Assembly: GCA_951406725.2 (NCBI GenBank)
Contig: OX597833.1
Location: 16,492,001 to 16,556,000, forward strand
Direction of reading: 5' to 3'
DNA from: Octopus vulgaris
Lineage: Eukaryota
Length of the DNA: 64,000 bases
Each line of letters begins with the position of its first letter. Positions within the stretch are counted from its first letter, which is position 1. Positions 53,529 through 64,000 of the stretch are shown here, piece by piece. The notes beneath the pieces were generated by a model. The model had not been told where the DNA came from. It worked only from the letters and a program-made list of their open reading frames with translations, and ran no database searches. The position numbers were made by a program, and so were the translations under genes.

Positions 53529-54500
53529 GTGTGTGTGTGTTTGTTTGTCCCCCCAACATCGCTTGACAACCGATGCTGGTGTGTTTACGTCCACGTAACT
53601 TAGCGGTTCGGCAAAAGAGAGCAACCGATAGAATAAGTACTACTAGGCTTACAAAGAATAAGTCTTGGGATCGATTTGCTCGACTAAAGGCGGTGCTCCA
53701 GCATGGCCACATTCAAATGACTGAAACAAGTAAAAGAGATTCAAAGGATTAAATCGCAAACGAAACATATTATGTCTTTGACCCACTCAGAATTTGAACC
53801 TGAAATACATACTAGCCCTCCTGGTCGTATATCACAAATCTAAAGCTTTTATTTCCAATCAAATATAGGCACTACAAATATTAGTTTTATTCTTAATCGA
53901 AAGAAATCAATAAGTAATTATATAGACATGACAGTCAAATCAAACTTACAAATTTCTTTGATTTGGTGATCGAAGATTGAAACTGTATTGAATTGCGTAA
54001 ACAAAGAATCCATACGTGTTGGAATCGAAGTTCAAATAATCAGAAACAAATAACAGGTAATTATATGGACCAGAGAAATGTCCAATGGAAGTTCCATTTT
54101 GTCTTATAATTTCCTTAGTTTCTATTGGAAATCGAAAACTGTATTCAATTTCGTAAACATGGGATCTAAGTGTGTTGGAGCACGAACGATTTTAGAGAGA
54201 AAGCAGAGGATGGGCAATTATGTAGATTAGAAAGTCAATTCAAATGATAGGAGACCATTATGTATAACAGAACTAAATACTGTATATACTGAGTTATCAC
54301 ATTTCAGGTGAACAGCATAAACAGTGATCTCTTTTATCGAGTTTTCGATTCAACTCTTCTAGTTTAATTTCTCTACTGTACTTGAAGCGAAATATATCAT
54401 GTACACAGTCTACAGTATCCATAAAAAAAACATTATCTGAAATAACTTCAAAGCTCTAATTTTCTTTTAAAATATTCTTTGTATTCTATTCATATTTTTT

Positions 54501-54544
<44 letters not shown>

Positions 54545-54635
54545 ATGTGTGTGTGTGTGTATGTATATATATATATATATATTTATATCGCTAAGTATGA
54601 ATACAGTACCAAGAATATATACATAACAAAATATG

Positions 54636-54683
<48 letters not shown>

Positions 54684-54731
54684 GAAAAAGTCAAGATAGA
54701 AAATGCTAAAATAATTTTATAAAAAACATTT

Positions 54732-54767
54732 CAGTACCGGTTTCAGTCATTGAGACTTTTTCAACTG
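54732..54767 (-). ncRNA. Minimal hammerhead-like motif, C3U/G8A core
   Basis: CAG-TTGAAAA-AGTC-tcaat-GACT-GAAAC-CG-GTA-CTG with palindromic ACCGGT. Copies at 54963-54998(+), 62198-62233(+) and 16950-16985(-). Confidence 0.7.
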
Positions 54768-55002
54768 TAACAATTAAACAATTAAATTTAGAAAAATAAA
54801 AAAAAAAGTTTTTTAAAAGAATATTTGTATAGTGTTCAAATATAAGTGGCATTTTCGTAGGCAGAAACAAGGAAAATGCCACTTATATTTGAACACTCTA
54901 CAAATATTCTTTTAAAAAACTTTTCTTTTAATTTTTTTCTAAATTTAATTGTTTAATTGTTACAGTTGAAAAAGTCTCAATGACTGAAACCTGTACTAAA
55001 TA

Positions 55003-56412
55003 GCAATTATAACGGAGAGGATTATAAAAACCCTTACATGTCTAGAAATTGCAGTCAAAACCGCTATAAATCCACTATAACCACTTGTAGTGTATCCCCT
55101 CTGCAATAAAAGCTGTCGGTGAGTGACTTGATATAAAAATTCAAAATTTAAAGCAAAATAAAAAGTTAGTCCTCTATTGCAATGTCGAAGTTAGGAACCA
55201 AAAGTGAACCCATTCTTCTCGTCAAGAGAACATTCCTGTACGTAGAAATTTAGCACAAAAAACACACCTTGGGGTCTAACATGTGTCTCGACCGGCAAGC
55301 ATAATGTGTCAACGTCTATCTACAGAATTCAATGTATTTTTACATTCCTCTTTCATTTCTTATTTATTTTCCCCTCATATCCAGTATTTCACCGTAGCTC
55401 GTTTAACTGGTCTCTTCTTATAAACGCTGACGTTTGAATTCAGAATTTGAATTGTGTAGACAGACGATGACACATTCTTTTATTCATTCAATTGACCACA
55501 AGGGCCTTACAAAGAAAGGAAGCTGCGGGCTAGACGAGGATATAATGATATGAAATGATAGATGATATGATAATAATGAGGTCAACAGCAACGCCAGCCG
55601 ATTTGCTGTTTACCCGAGCACATTGTTCTTTTATAAAACATTTTGAGACATAATAACACATTAAGGAGGCAATAGACCTCTTACATTAACGACATACAAA
55701 GCCATTTTGAGGCAATAAACCTCTTACACAAGTCCATTTAGGGATCAATAAAATAATCTTCTTGCCCGACAAGACTTCTCGCCTCAGCAAAACACCTGGA
55801 CGGCTCCAAGTCGGGCCAATTTAGCATAAATCTGTAGGTATCCTTGGGGAAGGAGTCCATTATCCTGAACAGTTTGTTCTTCCTCATGACCTTCGCTGCC
55901 ACCTGCGAAGGTCAGTCAGGGTCATCCGTGCAGGACAAAATCCCCTCCCTTCGTTTTGAGCTTCTTGACAAAGCGCTCCACTGTCCCTTCCTTATGGAAG
56001 AGGACCACAAATTCCTCCTCCGTATCACGGGTGGGGTTGTACAGTTTCCATCTTTGCTGGCACAACTCCCACCAAAGATACTTCGGGACACGTCGGCAAT
56101 GACGATGACACATTCTTGCCAGTCGGAATACATGTTAAGCCCCAAGGTATGTTTTTTTTTTGTTTTAATTTCTATGTACAGGAATGTTCTCCTGACGAGA
56201 AGAATGGATCCACTTTTATTCCCAACTTCAAACTTGCAATTGATGACTAACCTTTTACTTTTATTTAAATTTGGAATTTTTATGCCATCTCGCTCGCCAA
56301 CAGCTTTTATTGTTGAAGAGATATAATATGAGTAGCTATAGTTGATTTTATAGCGGTTTTAACTGCTATTTCTAGACATGTAAGGGTTTTTATAACCCTC
56401 TCCGTTATAGCT
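55003..56412. mobile_element. Element with diverged inverted terminal arms of about 320 bp (PLE pLTR-inversion-like)
   Basis: 55003-55320 is the imperfect reverse complement of about 56095-56412. The arms carry GAAAT(A/T)GCAGT and a decayed hammerhead-like segment. Confidence 0.65.
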
Positions 56413-56552
56413 GTGATTTATTCACAATCATACACTCTTTTATGAAAAAATGTTTTGATTGCATGTTCTGGCCACTGATAAATTAGTAAATAATTTTGAA
56501 TTGTTTACGATGAATCCTGCCTATTGTGTTTTAACATTCCTTCTTTTTCATA

Positions 56553-56950
56553 TCTTTATATATAAAAGTGAAGTTGTGTGTCTGTCTCCTACGATTTAGA
56601 TTCCTAACTACTCCCACATTTTGCGGTGCAGTTTAACCAAAAGCGGGTATCTTATAGTCGTGATTCATATCGAGCCCTTCTGGGTATTAGCGCGCGTCTA
56701 CGATGAGTCTACGATTTAAAAAATAATTTACCATCATTTTTTCCCTTTTAATGCATTTATTTTCGCTATTATATAAGGGAACTAACTCTCTAAAAATGTC
56801 TACGATGAGTCAACGATTTAAAAAAAAAATTACCATAATTTTTTTCCATTTTTAATGCATTTCTTTGCTATTTTTTGGCTATAACTCTCTAAAAATGCTT
56901 ATATAGTTATTTCCCTTACAAACCCGAGCAACGCCGGGCGATACTGCTAG
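56553..56950 (+). mobile_element. Non-autonomous Helitron
   Basis: A|TC...CCCGAGCAACGCCGGG...CTAG|T; near-identical to 35052-35519. Confidence 0.88.
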
Positions 56951-57170
56951 TTTATATATATATAATATGGTGACCTTAAGGTTTTGATAGAAAACATTTG
57001 ACCGAGGTGTCATACAGAGAAATCGAACTTGGAACCACATAGCTGCACCGTGAACTTTTTAATCTTTCTATCCTGTTTGTTCTGCAAAGCAGTTTTGTCT
57101 CTAACTACACGTGCAGCTTCTATTGGCCTTAGTTTAATCTGTTTATACAGTCAATTGTCACCCGAGGCAC

Positions 57171-57253
<83 letters not shown>

Positions 57254-58324
57254 GTGTGTGCGTGTGTGTCCTTTCGGTTATTCAACCAGTCGGTAATGTT
57301 GTTGACTGCAGTTGGAGAGCAATTACTTTAAAAGTGAAAGTAAAGTAACTTCATTTTTTTTTAGCCAAAACAACTTTCCGTATCCTCTCTCTCTCTCTCT
57401 CTCTCTCTCCCTCTCTCTTTCTCTCTCTCTCTCTCTCTCGCTCGCTCGCTCTTCTCTCGTTCTGACTCTCTCTTACCTGACAGATAAACATTATATTCGA
57501 TCTGTTGAATAACAGAAAATAAATGATTGCAATAACGATAGTATCAGATGATACACATAAACAGTGATTACGCTAAAAACCCAGGATAGGAATCATCAAT
57601 TTGTAAAGTGTACTTTCGCCAACAGGAATCATTTCAGCTTATTAACATTATGCGAGGTCTTAGAAAGAAAACGTTCAGCTAAAGTGTTTTCACAAATCCT
57701 AGACACAGTCGACATAAATACGAATTATTCGCAAGCAGCTGCTTCCCGCTGACATTGGTGTTATGACTGACCGTATTCTTTACTTTTTCGGAAATACTAA
57801 TTCTGGTGCAAATACCGCTTGCTCTTGTGATTCTTCGTCAATAACAAAAATGAAATAAAAATGAAATTAAAAAAGAAGAAAAAAGATAGAAGATTTACTC
57901 AGTTGTAATTACAATTTGTGCACGTGTTCTATACGATGTCTTCGTGTGTGAAGTGTGAATAACCTCAAGATGAACTCTAATGTAAATCAGGCAATGAATT
58001 TACTAAACAGCCGTACTGGAATCTACTGGGAGTCTGCATTTATAAATGTATTTAAACACCGGTAACCTGCAGCACTGCGGGTTCTATTGTTATATAAATG
58101 CAGTAATCTATTTCTTTACTACCCACAAGGGGCTAAACACAGAGGAGGCAAACAAGGACAGACAGACGGATTAAGTCGATTATATTGACCCCAGTGCGTA
58201 ACTGGTACTTATCTAATCGACCCCGAAAGGATGAAAGGCAAAGTCTTTTATACTTATGTGTGTATGCGTGTGTGTGTCTTTGCATCTGTGTTATCCTCCG
58301 CTTACCGCCTGACAGCCAGTACGA

Positions 58325-58645
58325 TTTTACATTGGAAGCACATCGTTAGAGTTATCTAAAAGAATTTCTATCCATTACTCAACATTTAGGGATAGAAATA
58401 AACGGAATAGTACCGGTCTCAGCAAACTGATTTGGGATTTAAAAGACCACAATGAACAATTTCATTTAGAATGGTTGATCCTCTCAATTTCGATACCATA
58501 TGACAAAGGCAAGAAATTCTGTCTTCTCTGCAATTCTGAGCTATTTTTCATTATTTTTTCTAAAAATACTCTAGTAAACACGGTTATAGAACGAGCATAC
58601 AGATGTAAGCATTGGCAGAAACATACTTTTAGTGCATATAAGTAG
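58325..58645 (+). mobile_element. Penelope-like element GIY-YIG endonuclease C-terminal half (stop-free, no start codon)
   Basis: FYIGSTSLELSKRISIHYSTF...STGLSKLIWDLKD...LEWLIL...PYDKGKKFCLLCNSELFFIIF...LVN...ERAYRCKH. The YIG, R, CxLC-E, N and CxH pattern resembles Naiad-type PLE endonucleases. Confidence 0.85.
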
Positions 58646-58844
58646 TCTCTATCATTATATATAGTTTAAACTTTAATTTCCTTTATATTTAACATTCACT
58701 ATTAATATCCCTACTCTTTCTGTTAGCTACTTATGACGTTATATCATATAACGTTTTTTAAACAATATTAATAGCGTTCTGTCTATCGCTATACGAATCC
58801 ATCATTTTTTGCTAAAGTGTCGTATTGACGAGTTTCGTTTTTTC

Positions 58845-58930
58845 ACTTTCCCGAAGAGAAGATTGCATTGTTTATACCTTTTATTCTTTTGAATAGTATC
58901 AGTGGAATTTTCGAAACATATGTAGAAAGT
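58845..58930 (+). ncRNA. Type-I hammerhead ribozyme motif (U4C) in the PLE 3' pLTR
   Basis: ACTTTC-CCGAAGA-GAAGATT...AATTTTC-GAAAC-ATAT-GTA-GAAAGT with palindrome ACATATGT. Lies 200 bp after the GIY-YIG stop and about 40 bp before (TA)n. Confidence 0.82.
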
Positions 58931-58969
58931 AAAAATACTTGTTTAAACCTGCGTTAACTCCATTTTTTA

Positions 58970-59020
<51 letters not shown>

Positions 59021-59070
59021 CATTATATAATTAGGGCTTAGTAAAATAAATTACTTTGCCACATACTGAA

Positions 59071-59142
<72 letters not shown>

Positions 59143-59407
59143 TGTATGTATGTATGTATGTATGTATGTATGTATGTATGGATGTATGTATATATAAAGA
59201 CCATAGTTAAAATTAATAGATATATATAAGAATTAAATATAACAGGAGCGCTATAAAGCACCAGCTTTGCTAAAATTATGAGTCAAAAACACTCCGAAGT
59301 TACAAAAATTTACACTAGATTTTCACAGGCATGATTGTTAAAAAAACTAATTGAATAAGGATTTTGTCTTCCCTCTAAAAAATTGCAAGAAAGATTGCCA
59401 GTTAATC

Positions 59408-59460
59408 TGGTATCATGGTTTCGAATTTAGCGCCCAAAAGAACCTGATTCTCTTCAGCCA
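59408..59460 (-). ncRNA. Type-I hammerhead motif within an inverted-repeat-flanked element (59235-59768)
   Basis: TGG-CTGAAGA-GAAT...ATTC-GAAAC-CATG-ATA-CCA. Flanking inverted arms of about 105 bp at 59235-59338 and 59666-59768. Confidence 0.72.
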
Positions 59461-59782
59461 AGTCTACTCATAACAAATCTATATATATCACTTCAACCGA
59501 AGATTAAAAATTGTGTTACATACAAAATTAAGAGGGATGACCACTAAAGTGGACACCTAATATGCTAAACATAGACGTCAAATCGCCATTACAACGAAGC
59601 ATGTGTTCTCAAGAAAAATCTCAGCAAAAACAACCTATATATTACTTATTCACTTAATTTTTTTCCAGTCATGCTTGTGAAAATCTAGTGTAAATTTTTG
59701 TAACTTCGGAGTATTTTTGACTCCTATTTTTAGCAAAGCTGGTGCTTCATAGCGCTCTTGTTATATATAGTTCTTATATGTT

Positions 59783-59904
<122 letters not shown>

Positions 59905-60082
59905 CTTTTATCTTTTATTTGTATCAGTTATTTTGACTGCGGCTAACCGCCTTGAAAGGTTTCGGAACAAATCGACCCCGGGGCTTTTTTTTTAAAACCT
60001 AGTATTTATTCTATCGGTCTCTTTTGTCGAACCGCTACGTGATGGGGGACGTAAAAACATAAGCACCGGTGGGGGACAAACA

Positions 60083-60152
<70 letters not shown>

Positions 60153-60241
60153 TATATAAGGATGAAAAGGAACACACGAGTTGATATATATGGAAAAATA
60201 GTCATGATAGAAAATGCTAAAATAATTTTATATATATCATC

Positions 60242-60312
<71 letters not shown>

Positions 60313-60313
<1 letters not shown>

Positions 60314-61290
60314 CGAAAAAAGCGCACGAGCAATTGGCTGATAGGTGGGAGGAGAAACCTCTGCACGGCAAATATGTGACCCGCAGCAAACAAGCTGATG
60401 TTGACCAGAAGCAAACCCATCAGTGGCTACGGAGCTCAGGGCTAAAAGCAGAGAGCGAAGGTTTCATCCTGGCTGCTCAAGATCAAAGCCTATTAACCCG
60501 GAACTACCAAGCCAATGTGATGAAAAATGGAGCAGACCCAAAATGCCGATTCTGCAACGACATGATTGAAACAGTGGACCATCTAATCTCTGGATGTAAA
60601 GTCTTAGCACCAGTGGAGTATAAATTAAGACATGACAGAGTTGGCCAATATCTACACTGGCTAATAAGTCGGCATTACAATATCAAAACTGCCGACAAGT
60701 GGTATAATCACCACCCTGAGGCTGTAACTGAAGGAGAAAATGTAACCATTCTGTGGGACTTTCCAGTACATACAGACCGAACCATCAAGGCCAATAAACC
60801 AGATATTGTTGTGAAAGACCAAAACAATAAAGTTTGCTTATTGATCGACATGAGCATCCCCTGTGATCATAATATCTCAGCGAAAGAGTTTGACAAGCTC
60901 AGAAAATATAAAGACCTACTCATTGAAATTGAGAAAATGTGGCATCTCAAGGCGGTTACAATACCAGTGATCGTAGGAGCACTAGGAATGATCAAGAAGG
61001 GAACCGAAAATTATATGAGAATGATCCCTGGCTTACCATCCCTGCAAGAAGTGCAAAAGATTGTCTTAACTGGTACATCACATGTATTGAGAAGAGCATT
61101 GTCGATGTGAGAATTGTTGCTGCTCATGTATTTTAATTTAACTTAAAAAAAAAAAAAAAAATGAACGAACTATTGAGTTTGGTTTAATGGCCTACCAATG
61201 TATACTATGAATTTCTTTGCCCTAGGAGTCGGCAAGAAATGGAAGCAAATTTGAAAGAAGAAAAAAAAAGTAATAAAAATAATAATAATA
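60313..61290 (+). mobile_element. 5'-truncated R4/Dong non-LTR retrotransposon with an intact zinc knuckle and RLE endonuclease (ORF to 61110)
   Basis: WEEKPLHG, AAQDQ, CRFC...ETVDHLISGC (CCHC), RHD, KPDIVV...LLID...KYKDL. Starts directly after (AAT)n and ends in AATAATAAT. Confidence 0.93.
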
Positions 61291-61511
61291 TTAGGGAATA
61301 TTATACCAAACTTACAGGGAAAATTCATTTTAGTAATACTAAATCAAATTTCACAATATATAATGCATGTATATAAATTATTTTGTACTTTACTTAATTA
61401 TTGGTATATGATTTTATCGTATATTTAATTGTTTTCTATATGGTGTAATTTAATTATATTATTGTTATTTCATTGTTGAATTGATAAAAGGTAGTTCTTC
61501 TCAAATTTATA

Positions 61512-61542
<31 letters not shown>

Positions 61543-61777
61543 GTATTTTTTCTATTTTTTCTTTCTCACTTGACCGCTGGTAGCGGTAAATTTTTCTAGA
61601 ATTTTTTGCTATCCTAAAATTTATTAATTAATGATTTTTTGGCTAATTTTGAAATTAAATCGGCAGTTTATATTTACTGCCGAGAAAACCGCGCGAGTAT
61701 GGTGGATTTTGAAAATTTATAGCATATAGACTCGAGGCATGTTTATTATCGCCTCGTGAATATATGTTAGTCCTTGG

Positions 61778-61863
61778 CTTTTCTGCTGAAGAGGCAACGC
61801 CAGTGGTAAATAAATTTATTTTATTTACAAAAGATTGCCGAAACTATGCATAGTCCAGAAAGG
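61778..61863 (+). ncRNA. Canonical type-I hammerhead ribozyme motif
   Basis: TTTCTG-CTGAAGA-GGCAA...TTGCC-GAAAC-TATGCATA-GTC-CAGAAA. All core nucleotides are consensus; perfect 12-nt palindrome ACTATGCATAGT; predicted cleavage after C61855. Confidence 0.88.
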
Positions 61864-62526
61864 ATAGGGTAAACGTTTTTATTTCTCTTTCCATTTCAGA
61901 ATTACAACTATTAGTGGTTTGGAGTTTAGGTGCTCTTTCTAGTGAGTCGGATGTCCTATTATGGCCATCCCTTATATGTTTGAATACATACATATGTATA
62001 TATATATATATATATATAAATTCAAAATATATATATACAACACAAAGAATTCACAACGACCTCGAACCCACAAGAGTAAACAAGAGACAGAAACAGACAG
62101 AAACAAGGAAAATGCCGTTTGTATTTGAACACTGTACAAATATTCTTTTCAAAAAACTTTTCTTTTAATTTTTCTAAATTTAGTTGTTTAATTGTTACAG
62201 TTGAAAAAGTCTCAATGACTGAAACTGGTATTGAAATGGTCTTTATAAAATTATTTTAGCATTTTGTATCTTGACTTTTTTTCATATATATATATAAATT
62301 CACAAGACTCCACAAATGTTACTGTTCGTCGTAACATAAGCAATAATAACTAACGTAAATAGACTGTTGAAGACATTTTCACCATAAAATTACAATCGAA
62401 AAATCAGTCATGAGTAATCGGACAAGTTAAAAGGTTGCAGAGGGTGATGAAGCAACAACAATTCTATGGTGACCTCCCTTAGTTGACGAACAAGATAGTA
62501 AGAAGACAGTTGTTGCTTACTCAGGG

Positions 62527-63080
62527 TTGACTTTACTTGACTTGACTTGAGACAGCATTCACCCGGGGTGGGTTGAGCCGGCTTCATTCATCCTCAATGC
62601 TGCATCTCTCACGAACGCCGATCAGGCCTGGCGATTTGAGGTTAACGACCGCGTGATCTCCAACCACTCCTTATTCCAGAGGCGAACACCGTAGACATGG
62701 GGGCCTAGGTTGGGTTCCAGATCAGCCTTGACTGTCATCAGCCATGTTTTCCGTTGTCCACCACATCGCTTTCGCCAACCCTGAAGGGGAGCTGGGCAAT
62801 TGCTTCGTAGATGAATTCACCTGGTTGATGACGAAGGGCATGACCCAGCCAACGCAGACGTCTCGTTAGGATGACTTGTCGGAGGGAGGTGTTGCACCGA
62901 ATTGTTGGAGACAAAGTGATGCCATCGGACACGAAGGATGCGGCGTAGACAGAGATGATCGAAGGATTCTAGTCGCTTAATATCTTCCACCCTCATCGGC
63001 CATGACTCGCTGCCGTAAAGGAGATTCGTACGCACTAGTGCTTGATAGATCCGTACTTTGGTGGTGCGTCGGATCTCAGA
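62527..63080 (-). mobile_element. RTE LINE 3' fragment with (CAAGT)n tail
   Basis: RTNLLYGSESWPMRVEDIKRLESFDHLCLRRILRVRW...RRLRWLGHALR...GGQRKTW, with frameshifts. Confidence 0.88.
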
Positions 63081-63255
63081 TCTTGACCAGGGTTGCTCAT
63101 CAGGCAGACCATCACCTGGAAGCTGATACAGTGGAGCGCCTTTCTAATACTAGTGTATGTATCTGGATGAAGGTCCGTGAAATTGCGTCTGTGTATGAAC
63201 TAGGGCTAACGATTAGGGCTAATGGTGATGGAAGGGCATATGTGTGATGCGTTGC

Positions 63256-63293
<38 letters not shown>

Positions 63294-64000
63294 AGTAATG
63301 ATGATGCTGTCAATGACGGCGATGATTACGATGGAGAAGGTGGTGGTGGGGAACTACGTGGTTTCAGGTTCAATTCCATTGCACAGCATTTTGGGCAAGG
63401 GTCTTTTACTATAACCCCGGGACGACCAATGTCTTGTGAGTGGTTTTGGGATGCGGAAACAGTGTTGAAACCTGCGATACATATATGTATACGAGTGTAT
63501 ATGCTGGTGTGTGTTTGTCACCCTCCACCACTCGATAGCCAATGTTGGTTTGTTTACGTCCTCATTAACTAGCGGTTCGGCAAAAGTGTCGATAGGTATC
63601 GGACTTCATAAAATATATGTACCGGGGTTGGTTCGTTCGACTAAACCTTTCAATGCGGTGGTGCACCAGCATGGTCGTAGTCAAATGACTGAAAGGAGTA
63701 AAAGATAAATAAAGGCGTGGCTTACTTCCCAACCACATGGTTCCGGGTTCAGTTCCACCGCAAGGCACTTTGGGCAAGTGTCTTCTACTATGGCCTTGGG
63801 CCGACCAAATCTTTGTGAGCGAATTTGGTAGACGAAAACTGAAAGAAGCCCATCGTATACAGATATATGTTTATATTTATGAATGTGTTTCTTTGTGTCG
63901 TTGTTTGCCCCCCACAACCATCGCTTAACAACCGCTGTTGGTGTGTTTGCGGCCTTGTAATTTTGTGGTTCGGCAAGAGAGAGCGATAGAATAGGCGAAG

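Noticed and set aside
55844-56326. 160-aa plus-strand ORF as a host gene
   Set aside because: It starts at a non-ATG codon, runs into an inverted-repeat arm of a mobile-like element and has no recognisable domain.

Overview
AT-rich, repeat-saturated eukaryotic genomic DNA. The spliceosomal introns, dense microsatellites and tRNA-derived SINE families suggest a cephalopod, probably Octopus; this assignment is an inference. The only well-supported host genes are two tandem minus-strand paralogues of a D-isomer-specific 2-hydroxyacid dehydrogenase (glyoxylate/hydroxypyruvate reductase-like). One is complete, with 4 exons (12944->6787, 332 aa); the other has exons 1-2 in the window (2899->126) and runs off the left edge. 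The rest is mobile DNA: SINEs, Tc1/mariner, hAT, Merlin/Mutator-like MITEs, Helitrons, RTE LINEs, (TAA)n-targeting R4/Dong LINEs and Penelope-like (PLE) remnants. The most striking unannotated signal is about a dozen type-I hammerhead-ribozyme-like motifs, mostly in short elements next to (TA)n tracts. They include one fully canonical motif (61778-61863), three U4C-core variants and a multi-copy family with a compensatory C3U/G8A core. They occur alongside about nine fold-back inverted repeats at (TA)n sites and a PLE GIY-YIG remnant lying just upstream of one of the hammerheads. Together these point to a (TA)n-targeting, ribozyme-bearing PLE/retrozyme-like system. An 18-bp minisatellite has also expanded inside an RTE LINE ORF. 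All motifs were read by eye; no folding software or database search was run.
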